A stretch of 64,000 nt of DNA from an uncultured delta proteobacterium. GTDB lineage: Bacteria; Desulfobacterota; Binatia; UBA9968. The number at the start of each line of letters is the position of its first letter. Within the stretch, counting starts at the first letter, position 1. A program made the translations under genes and the position numbers. The DNA lies in the NCBI GenBank assembly GCA_963760795.1, contig CAVXEP010000012.1, positions 382,185 through 446,184 on the forward strand. The letters are read 5' to 3'. The notes beneath the pieces are model-generated. The model had not been told where the DNA came from, ran no database searches, and saw only the letters and a list, made by a program, of their open reading frames with translations. Below, one piece after another: positions 39,022-48,784 of this stretch.

Positions 39022-40307
39022 ATGGCAACCACAAGGGGCGCATCACTGGGAAATATTTCACTTGCGGGCGCAATTGCCGGTTTGATCGCGACGGAAATTG
39101 CCCTGCGCCACGGTGTCGTGGCGGGCGCGAGTTGGCAAGTCATTCTAAAAGCGTTCGAGGCGGCGACCATCGGCGGTTTCGCGGATTGGTTCGCCGTGAG
39201 CGCGTTGTTTCATGAAGTTCCCCTGCCGTTGATTCGCCGGCACACCAATATCATCGTCAAAAACCGCCGGCGAATCGTCGAAGGCATAGCCGACATCGTG
39301 CAGAACCGCTGGCTGGCGCCGCAGATCATTCGGGAGCATTTGGCTCTCTTCTCAGCCTCCCAATATGTTTTGCATTACCTCGGGCAAGAAGAAATTTCGA
39401 AAAGGTCCTCGCAATCATCCGCGGCATCATCGGGCAAGTCGGGCGCGGACTGGAAGCGTCTGAATTTGCCGGGTTTATCGAACGCGTGGTCAGAGACCAG
39501 CTGCGCGACATTCAATTCGCCAAACCGTTGGGCGGATGGTTCGGGCAATATCTACGACGAGGCGATCACCACCGCGTCTGGACCGCTCTACTCACCGCCG
39601 TGGAAAATGGCGCGCAAAGATCCGACTTGCAGCGACTCTTCCAAAGGATGATCGGCCGCGCACTGGACGAATACCAGGCGGCAGGTTTCTTGAAACAGCT
39701 CGGCATCCAAATGGCTCGACGCTTGAACCTCGTGAACGAAGAGCAGCTGGCTGCGATTCTCATAAGCAAAATAACCGAGGCCGCGCGCGAAGCCCGATCC
39801 GATCCGGGCCATCCACTGCGAACTTGGGTCGACGGCATTGTCATCGAATTCGCCGACAAGCTTGCTGGGGGCGACCAGGATGCGTTGGCGATTGTCGAGA
39901 GCGTGCGAATCGCGCTTATCGAAGCGGCGGGCTCCGGCGAAATACTCCAGCGCGCGTTGCGGCGACTCGGCGCAACCATGGAGGAAGGGTTTAAAAACGT
40001 CGATTCGGATCTCAATCGACTTCTGCGTCACGAGCTGCACAGGCGTCTCGAGCTTTTCCGAGTGAATATCCCGGCGCAAGAACAACTCGATGACTGGGTG
40101 AAAAACCTTGCGCTGGAGTTGGTCGAGCAGCGTCACGACATGATCGGGCAGATGGTCCGCGCCAGCCTGGAAAAACTATCGGATCTTGATTTGGTCAGGC
40201 AGATCGAAACCAAGGTCGGTCAGGATCTTCAATATATTCGATTGAATGGCGCGATCGTCGGCGGATTCGCAGGTGCCGTGCTGGCGATCATAAGAATGCT
40301 GACATGA
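39022..40307 (+). CDS. DUF445 (YjiN-like) membrane protein, split by a 1-nt frameshift near 39393
   Basis: EAATIGGFADWFAVSALF..P.P....HT.II.KN; C-terminal IETKVGQDLQYIRLNGAIVGG; adding one A gives EENFEKVL. Confidence 0.88.
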
Positions 40308-40353
40308 ATCTGCCTTTGCGAAGCATACCTTTCACGATGAATGGCTTTGGCGC

Positions 40354-40380
40354 CAATCTTATCCGATCATGGCTCTGCAT
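40354..40380 (-). pseudogene. N-terminal stump of a HEPN (DUF86/HepT-like) toxin
   Basis: ATG overlapping the MNT gene end reads MQSHDRIRL, then loses similarity. Confidence 0.45.
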
Positions 40381-40678
40381 ATTGAACGCTTGCCGTGGAA
40401 ATAACCTGGTCGCGAAAATAGCGGCTTAACTCGTTGGGGGTGCGCAAGTCCACCTTGCGCCCACCGAGCATGGCTGACAGTTCCCGTTCCATTCGAGCCA
40501 GGTCGATCAAGCTCGTCGCCGCACCGGTCTGGAACTCGACCAGAAGATCGATGTCGCTATCCGGGCGAAAATCCTCTCTCAACGCCGAGCCGAATAACGA
40601 AAGCTTCCGAATCCGATTGTTCTTGCAGAACTCGGCGACCTGAACCGTCGGAAACTCAATTTTTTTCGTCTCGCTCAT
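40367..40678 (-). CDS. Minimal nucleotidyltransferase (MNT) antitoxin
   Basis: [48 protein letters not shown]. Confidence 0.92.
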   Translation of the reverse strand: MSETKKIEFPTVQVAEFCKNNRIRKLSLFGSALREDFRPDSDIDLLVEFQTGAATSLIDLARMERELSAMLGGRKVDLRTPNELSRYFRDQVISTASVQYAEP

Positions 40679-40908
40679 ATGCGACACGTCCTCCCCGCTC
40701 TGGTGGTTATGGCGATCGCCTCAATCTCTTTATACCATCATTTCGTTCACTTGCCGAACATCAGCAAATCCGATCGATAGCCGCGCCGAACTGGGGTAGC
40801 GCAGCAGTCCCATAAATGTTTGCGTTCGTGCACGGGTCCATTCGCCGCGCTGCTGTTTGTCACTGATTCAATAGTTTGCGCTGGTCCAACCCGGTAAGCC
40901 GGCCCATA

Positions 40909-41078
40909 GCAGGTTGCTGAAAAAAGCCTCTTGCAGGCTGCTCAAAAGATCCATAGGCAAGGCGCGCGAAATATCGATCCTTCGACTCGGCTCAGGACAG
41001 GATCGACGCGAGGCGATTGAGTGCACCCTTCGACGATGCTCAGGGCAGTCGGCATACGGGTCTTTTTCAGCAGCCTGC
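40909..41078. mobile_element. MITE-like element with 16-bp terminal inverted repeats and nested REP-like hairpins
   Basis: GCAGGTTGCTGAAAAA...TTTTTCAGCAGCCTGC (15/16 match); internal CCTTCGACTCGGCTCAGGACAGG and CCCTTCGACGATGCTCAGGGC. Confidence 0.7.
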
Positions 41079-41097
41079 GCATGTTAGTGTCTAGACC

Positions 41098-42102
41098 ATG
41101 CGCATGAGGTTACCTGGAACGTCGACCGCAAGTTCGAATTGGCGCTATTGGCTCTGGTTCGTGCTGATGGCAGTGCTGTCGGCGTGCTCGGTTACCTCAT
41201 GGCAGTCTCATTACGGCCGCAACCATCCGCTAACCGGCCGCATCTGGGACGTGGCGTCTGGCAAATTCATCGATCACCACAGCCTCATGAAGCGTTTGGC
41301 TCGCGCCGAGTTCGTGCTCCTGGGCGAGATGCACGACAATCCAGACCACCACAGGTTGCAGGCCGAGGTGCTGCGTGGCTTGATCGCCGCCGGCCGCCGG
41401 CCCGCCGTAGGTTTCGAGATGTTCAGCCTCGACGACGCCGGCGCCATCGCCAACCAGCTGGCGCGCGCGCCAAGCGATGCCGCAGGCCTGGGTCCGGCGG
41501 TGAATTGGCAAAAGAGCGGTTGGCCTGACTGGGCGATGTATCAGCCCATCGCCGAGGCAGCGCTTGCGGCAAAGCTGGCGATTGTCGCAACCAACCTGCC
41601 GCTCGCCACCGCGCGGCAAATGAGCCGTAACGGCTTGGCTCTCGAGCCATCCGTGCGACACGACTTGGGTCTGGATCGGCCGCTCTCCGACGCGATGTTG
41701 GCGACAATGGCCGCCGACATCCGCAATGCGCACTGCGGCTATGGCTCCGCGGAAAGCGTCCAAACCATGGTGCAGGTCCAGCGCGCCAGAGACGCGCAGA
41801 TGGCGCAGAGTTTGATTGCCGCAGCCAGCGCCGACGGCGCAGTACTGGTGGCCGGAGCGGGTCATGTCCGCAGCGATTACGGGATTCCTGTCTATCTCAC
41901 GGCAAAGGCGCCGGGCCGGCAGGTTGTCAGCATCGCTTTCGTCGAAGTCGACGAGCCGGAGCCCGAGCCGCATAAATATCTCTTGGCAAACGCTGCGGGA
42001 CGGGCACCCTTTGACTATCTCTGGTTTACCCCGCGCGTTGACGATGAGGATAGCTGTGAAAAGTTCAAAGTTCAGTTCGAGAAATTTAAAAGAACTCCGT
42101 GA
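41098..42102 (+). CDS. ChaN-family (haem/iron-uptake-associated) lipoprotein
   Basis: Lipobox LSAC; VLLGEMHDNPDHHRLQ, FEM, W..Y.PI, Q.ARD..MA, AG.GH.R.DYG.P. Confidence 0.88.
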   Translation: MRMRLPGTSTASSNWRYWLWFVLMAVLSACSVTSWQSHYGRNHPLTGRIWDVASGKFIDHHSLMKRLARAEFVLLGEMHDNPDHHRLQAEVLRGLIAAGRRPAVGFEMFSLDDAGAIANQLARAPSDAAGLGPAVNWQKSGWPDWAMYQPIAEAALAAKLAIVATNLPLATARQMSRNGLALEPSVRHDLGLDRPLSDAMLATMAADIRNAHCGYGSAESVQTMVQVQRARDAQMAQSLIAAASADGAVLVAGAGHVRSDYGIPVYLTAKAPGRQVVSIAFVEVDEPEPEPHKYLLANAAGRAPFDYLWFTPRVDDEDSCEKFKVQFEKFKRTP

Positions 42103-42563
42103 CCAGCCTCGTTGACTGTAACACTGGTAGCCTCGCTTGTTCATGTTTAGCCAGCGGGAAAAAACAGCGCTAAGCCCAAAACCCACGCTTGTTATGCAAT
42201 CTCGAATTTGTTGAATCAACAGCTTGCGCTGGTCGCACTCGGGCAGCCGGCGCCGGCCATAGGTCGCGTTGCAAGACCCTATCCCTATCTTGCTGAACAT
42301 GGCGCGTTGCATGCGCCGCCATGACGCGACTCCGCCGACAATTAGATCGGCGAAATTGCGACAAGTAGACGCGAGAAACGGAGCATTTTGTATGGCCGTT
42401 TCAAGGGATTCTAAGTTGCAACAGGATTGGAATGAGCCGCCATCATTCGAAACCAGTTATCTCTGTAGAGATAACCTACCATAAAAACCAACGTGATTTC
42501 AGTGAGATAAGCTCTTTGAATATGTTTAATCAGATCGCATATTCTAAATATTATCTGTTATTT

Positions 42564-42601
42564 TAGATTAAAATTGACTTTTTCAATCTAGTTATTAGTA
42601 T
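42564..42601 (+). promoter_or_regulatory. Sigma-70-like promoter overlapped by an inverted repeat; probably leaderless
   Basis: TTGACT-N16-TAGTAT ends 6 nt before ATG 42608; no SD; TAGATTAAAA/TTTCAATCTA repeat flanks the -35. Confidence 0.55.
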
Positions 42602-42607
42602 ATTGAT

Positions 42608-43075
42608 ATGGCCCGCAGACGTTTAAACATAGTCGATGAAATGGCGTTGACTCGCCTGCCGCCACCAGCGGCTAAGACACACGAGCCTGCACATGGAGAC
42701 TGGATCAGAATTCTGCGTGAGTCGCTGCGCATGACCCAGGCCGAATTGGCAGGCCGCGCCAAGATAACTCAATCGCATCTGGCCGGGATTGAAAGCGGCA
42801 AGACCGATCCGCAGGTCAGCACCCTGAAGCGTATCTTTGATGCGATGTCTTGCGATTTGGTTCTTGAGCCCAGACCCAGAAAGCCGATCAAAGAAGTGCT
42901 GCGCGGACGAGCGCGCAGTGTGGCTTTGAAACGCTTAAAACAATCCATGGGCACGATGGCCCTCGAACATCAGGCGCCGGAAGCGGACGTATTCAAGCAG
43001 CTCTTGGAAAAACATACCGATGAGATATTGACCGATCGGCGCGAAAAGCTGTGGCGACAGCCGACAGATGAATGA
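42608..43075 (+). CDS. Mobile mystery protein A-like XRE HTH protein
   Basis: P..G.WIR.LRE.L.MTQAELA, TL.RI..AM.C.LV, TMALE.Q; coupled to a Fic gene. Confidence 0.85.
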   Translation: MARRRLNIVDEMALTRLPPPAAKTHEPAHGDWIRILRESLRMTQAELAGRAKITQSHLAGIESGKTDPQVSTLKRIFDAMSCDLVLEPRPRKPIKEVLRGRARSVALKRLKQSMGTMALEHQAPEADVFKQLLEKHTDEILTDRREKLWRQPTDE

Positions 43076-43676
43076 CAAAACTAATATCCCCGGCGCCACT
43101 CCGGGAGACGACGCGTCGGGTCTAATTCAAAGGCAACTGACCGATCGCGCCTCCCGCAATGCCGCCGAGTTAGATGCGATTTCACGCGCATACAACAAGC
43201 ACATTTATCGAGCCCGGCGAAAAAGAGCCGGCGCCATATGGTTGACCGATCAGTTTATCCGCGCGGTCCATTACGACATGTTCGGTGAGATCTGGGAGTG
43301 GGCCGGAAAATATCGCACCGGTCCCGTCAACATCGGTGTCGACTTTCACCTTATCCCAGAACAGATAAAGTTGTTGTGCGGCGATTTCAGCTTCTGGAAC
43401 TCCGCCAAGAGTTCGATGCCGCCGCTTGAAATCGCTGCTCGGTTACAGAACCGGTTCACCCGAATTCATCCGTTTACCAATGGCAACGGCAGACACGCGC
43501 GACTCATCACCGACATTTACTTTCACTCGGTCAGACTTCCTCTGCCCAAATGGCCGCAGATTCAGCTCTTGTCGGAAGGCGATCAAATTCGCTCGCGATA
43601 TATCGGCGCGATGAGGACCGCGGATCAGGAAGATTATCGTGAGTTGATCGCATTCATGAAAGCGCTCGTTGAATAG
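43068..43676 (+). CDS. Mobile mystery protein B-like Fic-domain protein
   Basis: PGATP, MFG.IWEWAGKYR, HPFTNGNGRHARL Fic motif, YI.A.R.AD..DY..L. Confidence 0.9.
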   Translation: MNDKTNIPGATPGDDASGLIQRQLTDRASRNAAELDAISRAYNKHIYRARRKRAGAIWLTDQFIRAVHYDMFGEIWEWAGKYRTGPVNIGVDFHLIPEQIKLLCGDFSFWNSAKSSMPPLEIAARLQNRFTRIHPFTNGNGRHARLITDIYFHSVRLPLPKWPQIQLLSEGDQIRSRYIGAMRTADQEDYRELIAFMKALVE

Positions 43677-44070
43677 CAAAACTGTCGCATCGCGAGACCC
43701 GAATCTCCTGCTGTAGTGTCACCCAGGACGATCGCAGAAATAAAGGGCGAAGCGGCGGGCGGAGACTTCTACGGCTAACATTTCAGATGGAGATGCAATA
43801 ATGGCGCAAGCAAAGAGTCAGATAAAAAAGCGCGTGCTCAGCACCAGGGCCCGGTGCAGCGGAGTGCGATTGCGAATGATTGTCGTCTAGCGTCAGTGCC
43901 TCTGGGTCACGTGTACTTTTCGGCGCCGATGCCGCACGTCTTGCTCTCTTCGATCTTGGCAACCCTCTCAACATTGGAGAACACAATAACTGGGTCAAGC
44001 CAGGAGACATTGCCCAAACTTCAATTTGTTTAGAATGCGGGGCCTGGGCCCGGAGCCGGGTCCAAAAGTT

Positions 44071-44385
44071 TTAGGTCGCGCGGACTTTCAATTGCAGGCC
44101 CTCTTTTTTCTGCAAGTAGGAGACGATCTCGAAAAAATTGCGCGCCTGCGGATTGCCTTTGGGACCGAGCATACGCAGGAGACTCTTCGGCGATTTCTTC
44201 GTGAGACTTGCCAGCTTGTCGAAACCCACCGTGGCATTGATATAATCACGCAGAACGGTCTTGCCTAGGTTGACGTCTCCCGATAGTAGAGCATTGACAG
44301 CCTCTTCGAGTAAGGCTTCGCGGAACGCAGCGTCCCGGCGCGCCCGCGTCTGAATGGTTTCTTTAAAATTTCTAGTCAGCGGCAT
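44071..44385 (-). CDS. Addiction-module antidote-like HTH protein (orphan)
   Basis: MPLTRNFKETI..RA.RD.AFREALL.E.V..LL.GD...GK..LRDYINATVGF..LA......KSL.RMLGP.GNP. Confidence 0.82.
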   Translation of the reverse strand: MPLTRNFKETIQTRARRDAAFREALLEEAVNALLSGDVNLGKTVLRDYINATVGFDKLASLTKKSPKSLLRMLGPKGNPQARNFFEIVSYLQKKEGLQLKVRAT

Positions 44386-44410
44386 TATAAGAACCGATAT
44401 TCTCCCGTTT

Positions 44411-45769
44411 CTACTCCGAGATAACCCGAACCGGCGTATCCTCAGGCGCGATCGCCGGCAGGCCGCGATAATCCACCGGCAGGGGTTGCTCGCCCAGCAT
44501 GTGGGCAACCAGCACTTCGCGCACGCTTTCCAAGTCCAGCCCGGCTGCCTGCGCTGGTCCGGCGACTTCGGCCAGCACGCGATCGACGTCTTGCATCATT
44601 TTCCACTGCTTGAAGAGATCGGTCTTCTCGATCCCCATGGCCTCGCCGACCAGTTCAAGAAAGTTGACGATCTTGAACGGCGAAGTGGTTTCGTGGGCGC
44701 AAAGTTCACGATGGCAGGCATGGTAGATGCCGACAAGGTAGTCGACGCCGGCGGCTGCCGCGGCGTCAAGCTCGCGGGCATGCAGTTCGCGTTTGTAGGC
44801 CGGAACCGGCGCCAGCGAGTTGCACATGTAGCCGACCCGCGGTTGTTCAAGGTCGACCAGCTCCAACCCGGGAATCGCGGTGAGTATTTTGATGGCGCCT
44901 TCGGTCACGCCGGCCACGCCCGGATGCTCGTGCAGCGCGACCCGCTTCTTGATCGGATGGACGAAGTGGGGGCGAAGCCGCTCGATGCGCGCGGCGATGT
45001 AGGGCACGACATGCTCAAGATTGAAGCTCGCGTCGGTGCTCGGCATGACGATCTCGCTCAGTTGGATGTTGCACGTCGGGCACCACGTGAGCACCTTAGG
45101 GGCGCCCGTGCCGGCGAATCCGGCCACCGTATTGCCGCCGATCCGCCCGGAGGTCTTGGTGTCGCCCGTGCGGTACTGAATGACACCGCAACAAAAGGCC
45201 GGTCCGGCAAAAACTTTGTAGCGCGTGCCGAGACGAGCCAAGACCTCGAGGCACAACAGCGCGATGTGCGGCGTCTTGAGAACGTTACAACCGAGATACA
45301 TGACTATGTCCGGCGCCGGTTCGGCATCGGCTACTGTCGCTCGGGTGAAGCCGGCCAGCAGATCAGCGGGGAGTTGCAGGCGCGAGAGCACCTTCACCGC
45401 GGTGGACATTTTCTTAAACCCGGCTCGACCCGTGGCGCGCCGCTCGTTGGTTTGGCGTCGCTCGTTGAGCCTGAGGCGGGTCGCCGCCAACATGAAACGC
45501 GGGTTAATGCCGTCGTCGCATGCGGATATACATCGACCGGAGCCGGTGCAGGCATTTGCCCAACGGGCGCCGCGGCTTGCCGGATCACCGCCGCCGCGCA
45601 GGATATCAAGCACATCGCCGACGATCTTGGCGGGCTCGCTGGTATCTATCCCGGCTGGCGCCGCGGTCGGGCAGACCTCGACGCATTTTGCACAGCGGGT
45701 GCAGCGGTCAAGGATGTCGCCTACCCTTGCGTCGATGGTCGCGATGAATGCGTCAGCGTGATCGGTCAT
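44411..45769 (-). CDS. Fe-S oxidoreductase with ferredoxin and CCG domains (GlcF/HdrD-like)
   Basis: CTRCAKCVEVCP, CTGSGRCISAC, Y.GC, CCG...WCPTC; start taken at MTDHADAF. Confidence 0.85.
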   Translation of the reverse strand: MTDHADAFIATIDARVGDILDRCTRCAKCVEVCPTAAPAGIDTSEPAKIVGDVLDILRGGGDPASRGARWANACTGSGRCISACDDGINPRFMLAATRLRLNERRQTNERRATGRAGFKKMSTAVKVLSRLQLPADLLAGFTRATVADAEPAPDIVMYLGCNVLKTPHIALLCLEVLARLGTRYKVFAGPAFCCGVIQYRTGDTKTSGRIGGNTVAGFAGTGAPKVLTWCPTCNIQLSEIVMPSTDASFNLEHVVPYIAARIERLRPHFVHPIKKRVALHEHPGVAGVTEGAIKILTAIPGLELVDLEQPRVGYMCNSLAPVPAYKRELHARELDAAAAAGVDYLVGIYHACHRELCAHETTSPFKIVNFLELVGEAMGIEKTDLFKQWKMMQDVDRVLAEVAGPAQAAGLDLESVREVLVAHMLGEQPLPVDYRGLPAIAPEDTPVRVISE

Positions 45770-46044
45770 CACTTCCCCCTTTTGCCAAGCGGGCGAACTA
45801 GCGGCTGTCGGCAGGTAGCTTTTTATCATAGCGCCACCCTCGATCAAAACTAATTATAGTAGCCTGAAACTCCGGTAGAAGATTATTGCAGTGCCTGGAT
45901 GAATCGGCACGACGGCCGAGAACCGGTCGCCGATACCTGCCTTCTAATCAGTGACGCTGAACGCATTGCACCAAACATTGTGATGATAGTTGTGCCAGAC
46001 CCCCAGCCACAGTTACCAATTTAAGACAGCGTCGCAAGGCTCAT

Positions 46045-47031
46045 TCAATGCGCTTGAAAGAAGGCGTCTTCTTCATGGACATAACCGCTAACCCGCGCAT
46101 CGTTCAATGAGCGGACACGTAGATAGTCTCCCGTTTTGCTTTCCACCATCACCTGCGTGCCGCGCCGGAGGGTCGTGATCACGTTGGCATTCGCTGCGGG
46201 TCTATCGCGGACGAAGGAATTGTCGACGACCTCAAACTTCCCCAAATAGGGCGGCGCTGTTTTGGCGGTGATTTCTCCACCGTCAGGTTGAACAGGTTCA
46301 TGATTTGTAGAAGTGAGTTGAGGCGTGGCGGACTGCACTTTCGAGCCTTCAATCGTCACCTCTGGGTCAGAAGTATGACCTGGGCCTTGCCGAGCGATGG
46401 CTCCCGACTTAGTGATTTCTCGACCGTCAGGTTGAGCTGGTACATGATTTGTTGAAGAGAGTTGAGGCGTGGCGGGTGGCACTTTCGAGCCTTCAACCCG
46501 CACCTCTGGGTCAGAAGTATGACCTGGGCCTTGCTGAGCGATGGCTCCCCACTTAACGGTTAGATCGGACAAATAGTTTTTACTCCGCTGCCAATAGGCC
46601 ATCGTCCCGGCCCCGGCCAGTAAAATGATCCCCAGGACTATTGCCATGGCCGATGTCATGGCCGATTTTGTTGGGCCTCGCTTGAAATAAATCGCTCCGA
46701 ATTGCCCGCGTTGGCATTCCTCCGCCTGAACTTCATGTCGGTTCGTCGCTGCTCGAAAATTTGCTCGCACCGTTGCCGTCCAGGTTCTAAGCCGGTGGTT
46801 AAAGTTCACGTCCCAGAGACGCAGCGCCGAAGCTTTTAGTTTAGGGAGGTCTCTAGAAATGTCCTCGGTGATAACTTTCATCCGACTTGGCGGCAATGAT
46901 CGGCAGCGCGCCTGCCTCGCTTTGTCTCGCTCCGCCTCCGCCCGAACGGCTTCCTGCCAAGTGATGTGAACTGGTTTCTTCGCTTGCCCTTCCATTTCGA
47001 ACCTCCGTCTATTGCCTTGGTCGAAAGCCAT
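46045..47031 (-). CDS. Membrane-anchored protein with C-terminal bacterial SH3-like domain
   Basis: Central TM helix; VRDRP..NANVITTLRRGTQV.V....GDYLRV......GYV. Confidence 0.65.
   Translation of the reverse strand: MAFDQGNRRRFEMEGQAKKPVHITWQEAVRAEAERDKARQARCRSLPPSRMKVITEDISRDLPKLKASALRLWDVNFNHRLRTWTATVRANFRAATNRHEVQAEECQRGQFGAIYFKRGPTKSAMTSAMAIVLGIILLAGAGTMAYWQRSKNYLSDLTVKWGAIAQQGPGHTSDPEVRVEGSKVPPATPQLSSTNHVPAQPDGREITKSGAIARQGPGHTSDPEVTIEGSKVQSATPQLTSTNHEPVQPDGGEITAKTAPPYLGKFEVVDNSFVRDRPAANANVITTLRRGTQVMVESKTGDYLRVRSLNDARVSGYVHEEDAFFQAH
46268..46555. repeat. Tandem in-frame 144-bp (48-aa) duplication
   Basis: GTGATTTCT at 46268 and 46412; GAIA.QGPGHTSDPEV..EGSKV..ATPQL.STNH.P.QPDG.EIT occurs twice. 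Confidence 0.9.
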
Positions 47032-47121
47032 GAGCAGCCCAGCGGTTTATGACATTCGCTTCAAGATGCCAGCAACAAGAGAAGTGGGTACACTATTATC
47101 GACCTACGCTTGAATCAAGAG

Positions 47122-47137
47122 AGCAACAGGGATGCCG
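47122..47137 (-). promoter_or_regulatory. Sigma-54 promoter upstream of the SH3 gene
   Basis: Minus strand CGGCATCCCTGTTGCT, spacing 12. Confidence 0.55.
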
Positions 47138-47271
47138 AAAGAGTGTCAAATAACGATACGATTTCTTTAACTTTTTAGCTTTTTCCTTTGGCATCCTTCG
47201 CATAATTGCGAGAAATAAAATCAGTTTTTGCATCCATGCCAATTCGTACCGGCTGGGCCTGTCTTCAAACG

Positions 47272-47664
47272 CTAATTAGAACCATTCTTCTGCATGGCCT
47301 TGGCGCCCAGCAGCCCGACGGCCGCACCAAAACCAATTTTCGCCATATCCAATAGACCATCTATCAGTTTTGCGAGAGCAGCAGGCGGTTGCCCGTCAGT
47401 ATACAAATGAAGACCTACACAAATGATTACAAAAAACAGCGATCCTACCGCGGCAGTAAGGAACACAAGCTTGAACTGAGGATCAATACGCAAAGGTGGC
47501 GGCAGTGCGCTCGAAGGGTTCGGCGAGCCCTGTGTCTCCGCCAAAACGCGCTGTCCTTGTCGCGAATCCGGACAAATGAAGGACCCCAACTCAGGCACTA
47601 AAATGGAGGGCCTCGTAGGATTCTTGACGCATTCCGACGCAATATTAGCCATCTCGTTAATCAT
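47272..47664 (-). CDS. Small two-TM hypothetical protein
   Basis: AGGAGG RBS before ATG 47664; FKLVFLT...GLHL and MAKIGFGAAVGLLGAK helices. Confidence 0.65.
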   Translation of the reverse strand: MINEMANIASECVKNPTRPSILVPELGSFICPDSRQGQRVLAETQGSPNPSSALPPPLRIDPQFKLVFLTAAVGSLFFVIICVGLHLYTDGQPPAALAKLIDGLLDMAKIGFGAAVGLLGAKAMQKNGSN

Positions 47665-47676
47665 TACTTCCCTCCT

Positions 47677-47834
47677 ATTCAACGTTCACTGCAAAGAATC
47701 CGCTCATTGCGTCAACACCACGAAATCCCAGTCCTTGAAATCTATTCTCTGGTGCTGAAGTCAGACTACGAATTCCCTTTAACGCCGTGAGCAGTCTCGA
47801 AGTGACCCGTCTCTTGTTACAATTTACGTTGGAT
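47677..47834 (-). other. Putative integron attC-like site
   Basis: Minus strand ATCCAAC (RYYYAAC)...GTTGAAT (GTTRRRY); arms ATCCAACGTAAATTGTAACA and ATTCAACGTTCACTGCAA-A pair with a central mismatch and one extra C; RBS and ATG follow directly. Confidence 0.45.
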
Positions 47835-47902
47835 TCGGCCGGCCGAAAAAATGTCAACTTCAACGCGCAACATAATAGCCATACTTAATCTTCGGTAAAC
47901 AA

Positions 47903-48784
47903 TTACCAGCGAAATGGATCCAGACGCGGTCCGACATGGTGCCACTCATCGCCGCCGTGATGTGCCTCATGCGCTAAGTGACCGCAGTACCAGACGACAA
48001 CATCTTGGCCATCGGTGTTCTCACCGTTGAGATAAGCAGGCAGATCATCATTGCTCGCCGATCCTTGGTTGCCCTGCCGGTCTTCGCTTCCTCGATAACG
48101 CATCACCCAAAGATCATGGCTCGAGAATCCGTCACCCACGCCGTCGTTGGGATCTGGGACTAGGAAATATCCATTACCTGCCGAGCGATCCATAACCGCC
48201 CAATGTCGATTCGTCGGCGGGTTTTTAACTCGCCTAATTTCTGAGAGTTTTTTGTGCCAGCCCGGACCATATCCGACATTCGGTGTAGTCGTGTTGAATT
48301 CATACACTGCGTCGCTCGCTGCGTCGTTTATGTCAAAATCGAATCGCCAATAGGCATGATGGCGATGATTCTGGTTGCATTGCAGACCTGCGCTGAACAG
48401 GCGAGGCAGCACTGTGCCCGATAATGTGAAACTCCATCGTTGACGCAAGCGATAAGACCCAATTCTATGATATGACTCTAAAGCGAGGACCGGCAGAAAT
48501 CCGCTTAAGTAAGTGTAAATGGAAACTTTTTTTCCATTAGACTGAACATCTGCATTACCAAAATGGAGAGGGTCTTTATACGGGCCGCAGGCGCTGCCAC
48601 CAGCAGGAGCGTCATATTGAACGCGCAATGATGGCAGGCTTGCTTTGTAAAATACTTGTCTGCCTCTATATCGGACACCGTGAATCGCTATCCCCTCGGG
48701 TTGTGAAGAATCCCCGAGAACATAAGAAAGCTGCCAGACCGGGGAACCTGCACTTGGCCAAGTAACAAATCCGCTTTCGCTCAT
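47903..48784 (-). CDS. Minimal copper-amine-oxidase-like catalytic domain
   Basis: EGIAIHGV, ASL..L.V.YD, PYKD, IGSYRL, HRHHAYWRFDFDI, DLWVMRY, LPAY....DGQDVVVWY....AH, VGP.L.P, all colinear with the Cu amine oxidase catalytic domain. Confidence 0.75.
   Translation of the reverse strand: MSESGFVTWPSAGSPVWQLSYVLGDSSQPEGIAIHGVRYRGRQVFYKASLPSLRVQYDAPAGGSACGPYKDPLHFGNADVQSNGKKVSIYTYLSGFLPVLALESYHRIGSYRLRQRWSFTLSGTVLPRLFSAGLQCNQNHRHHAYWRFDFDINDAASDAVYEFNTTTPNVGYGPGWHKKLSEIRRVKNPPTNRHWAVMDRSAGNGYFLVPDPNDGVGDGFSSHDLWVMRYRGSEDRQGNQGSASNDDLPAYLNGENTDGQDVVVWYCGHLAHEAHHGGDEWHHVGPRLDPFRW

Noticed and set aside
41230-42312. 360-aa minus-strand ORF
   Set aside because: Antisense to the ChaN-like gene
44354-45853. 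499-aa plus-strand ORF
   Set aside because: Antisense shadow of the Fe-S/CCG gene; no motifs
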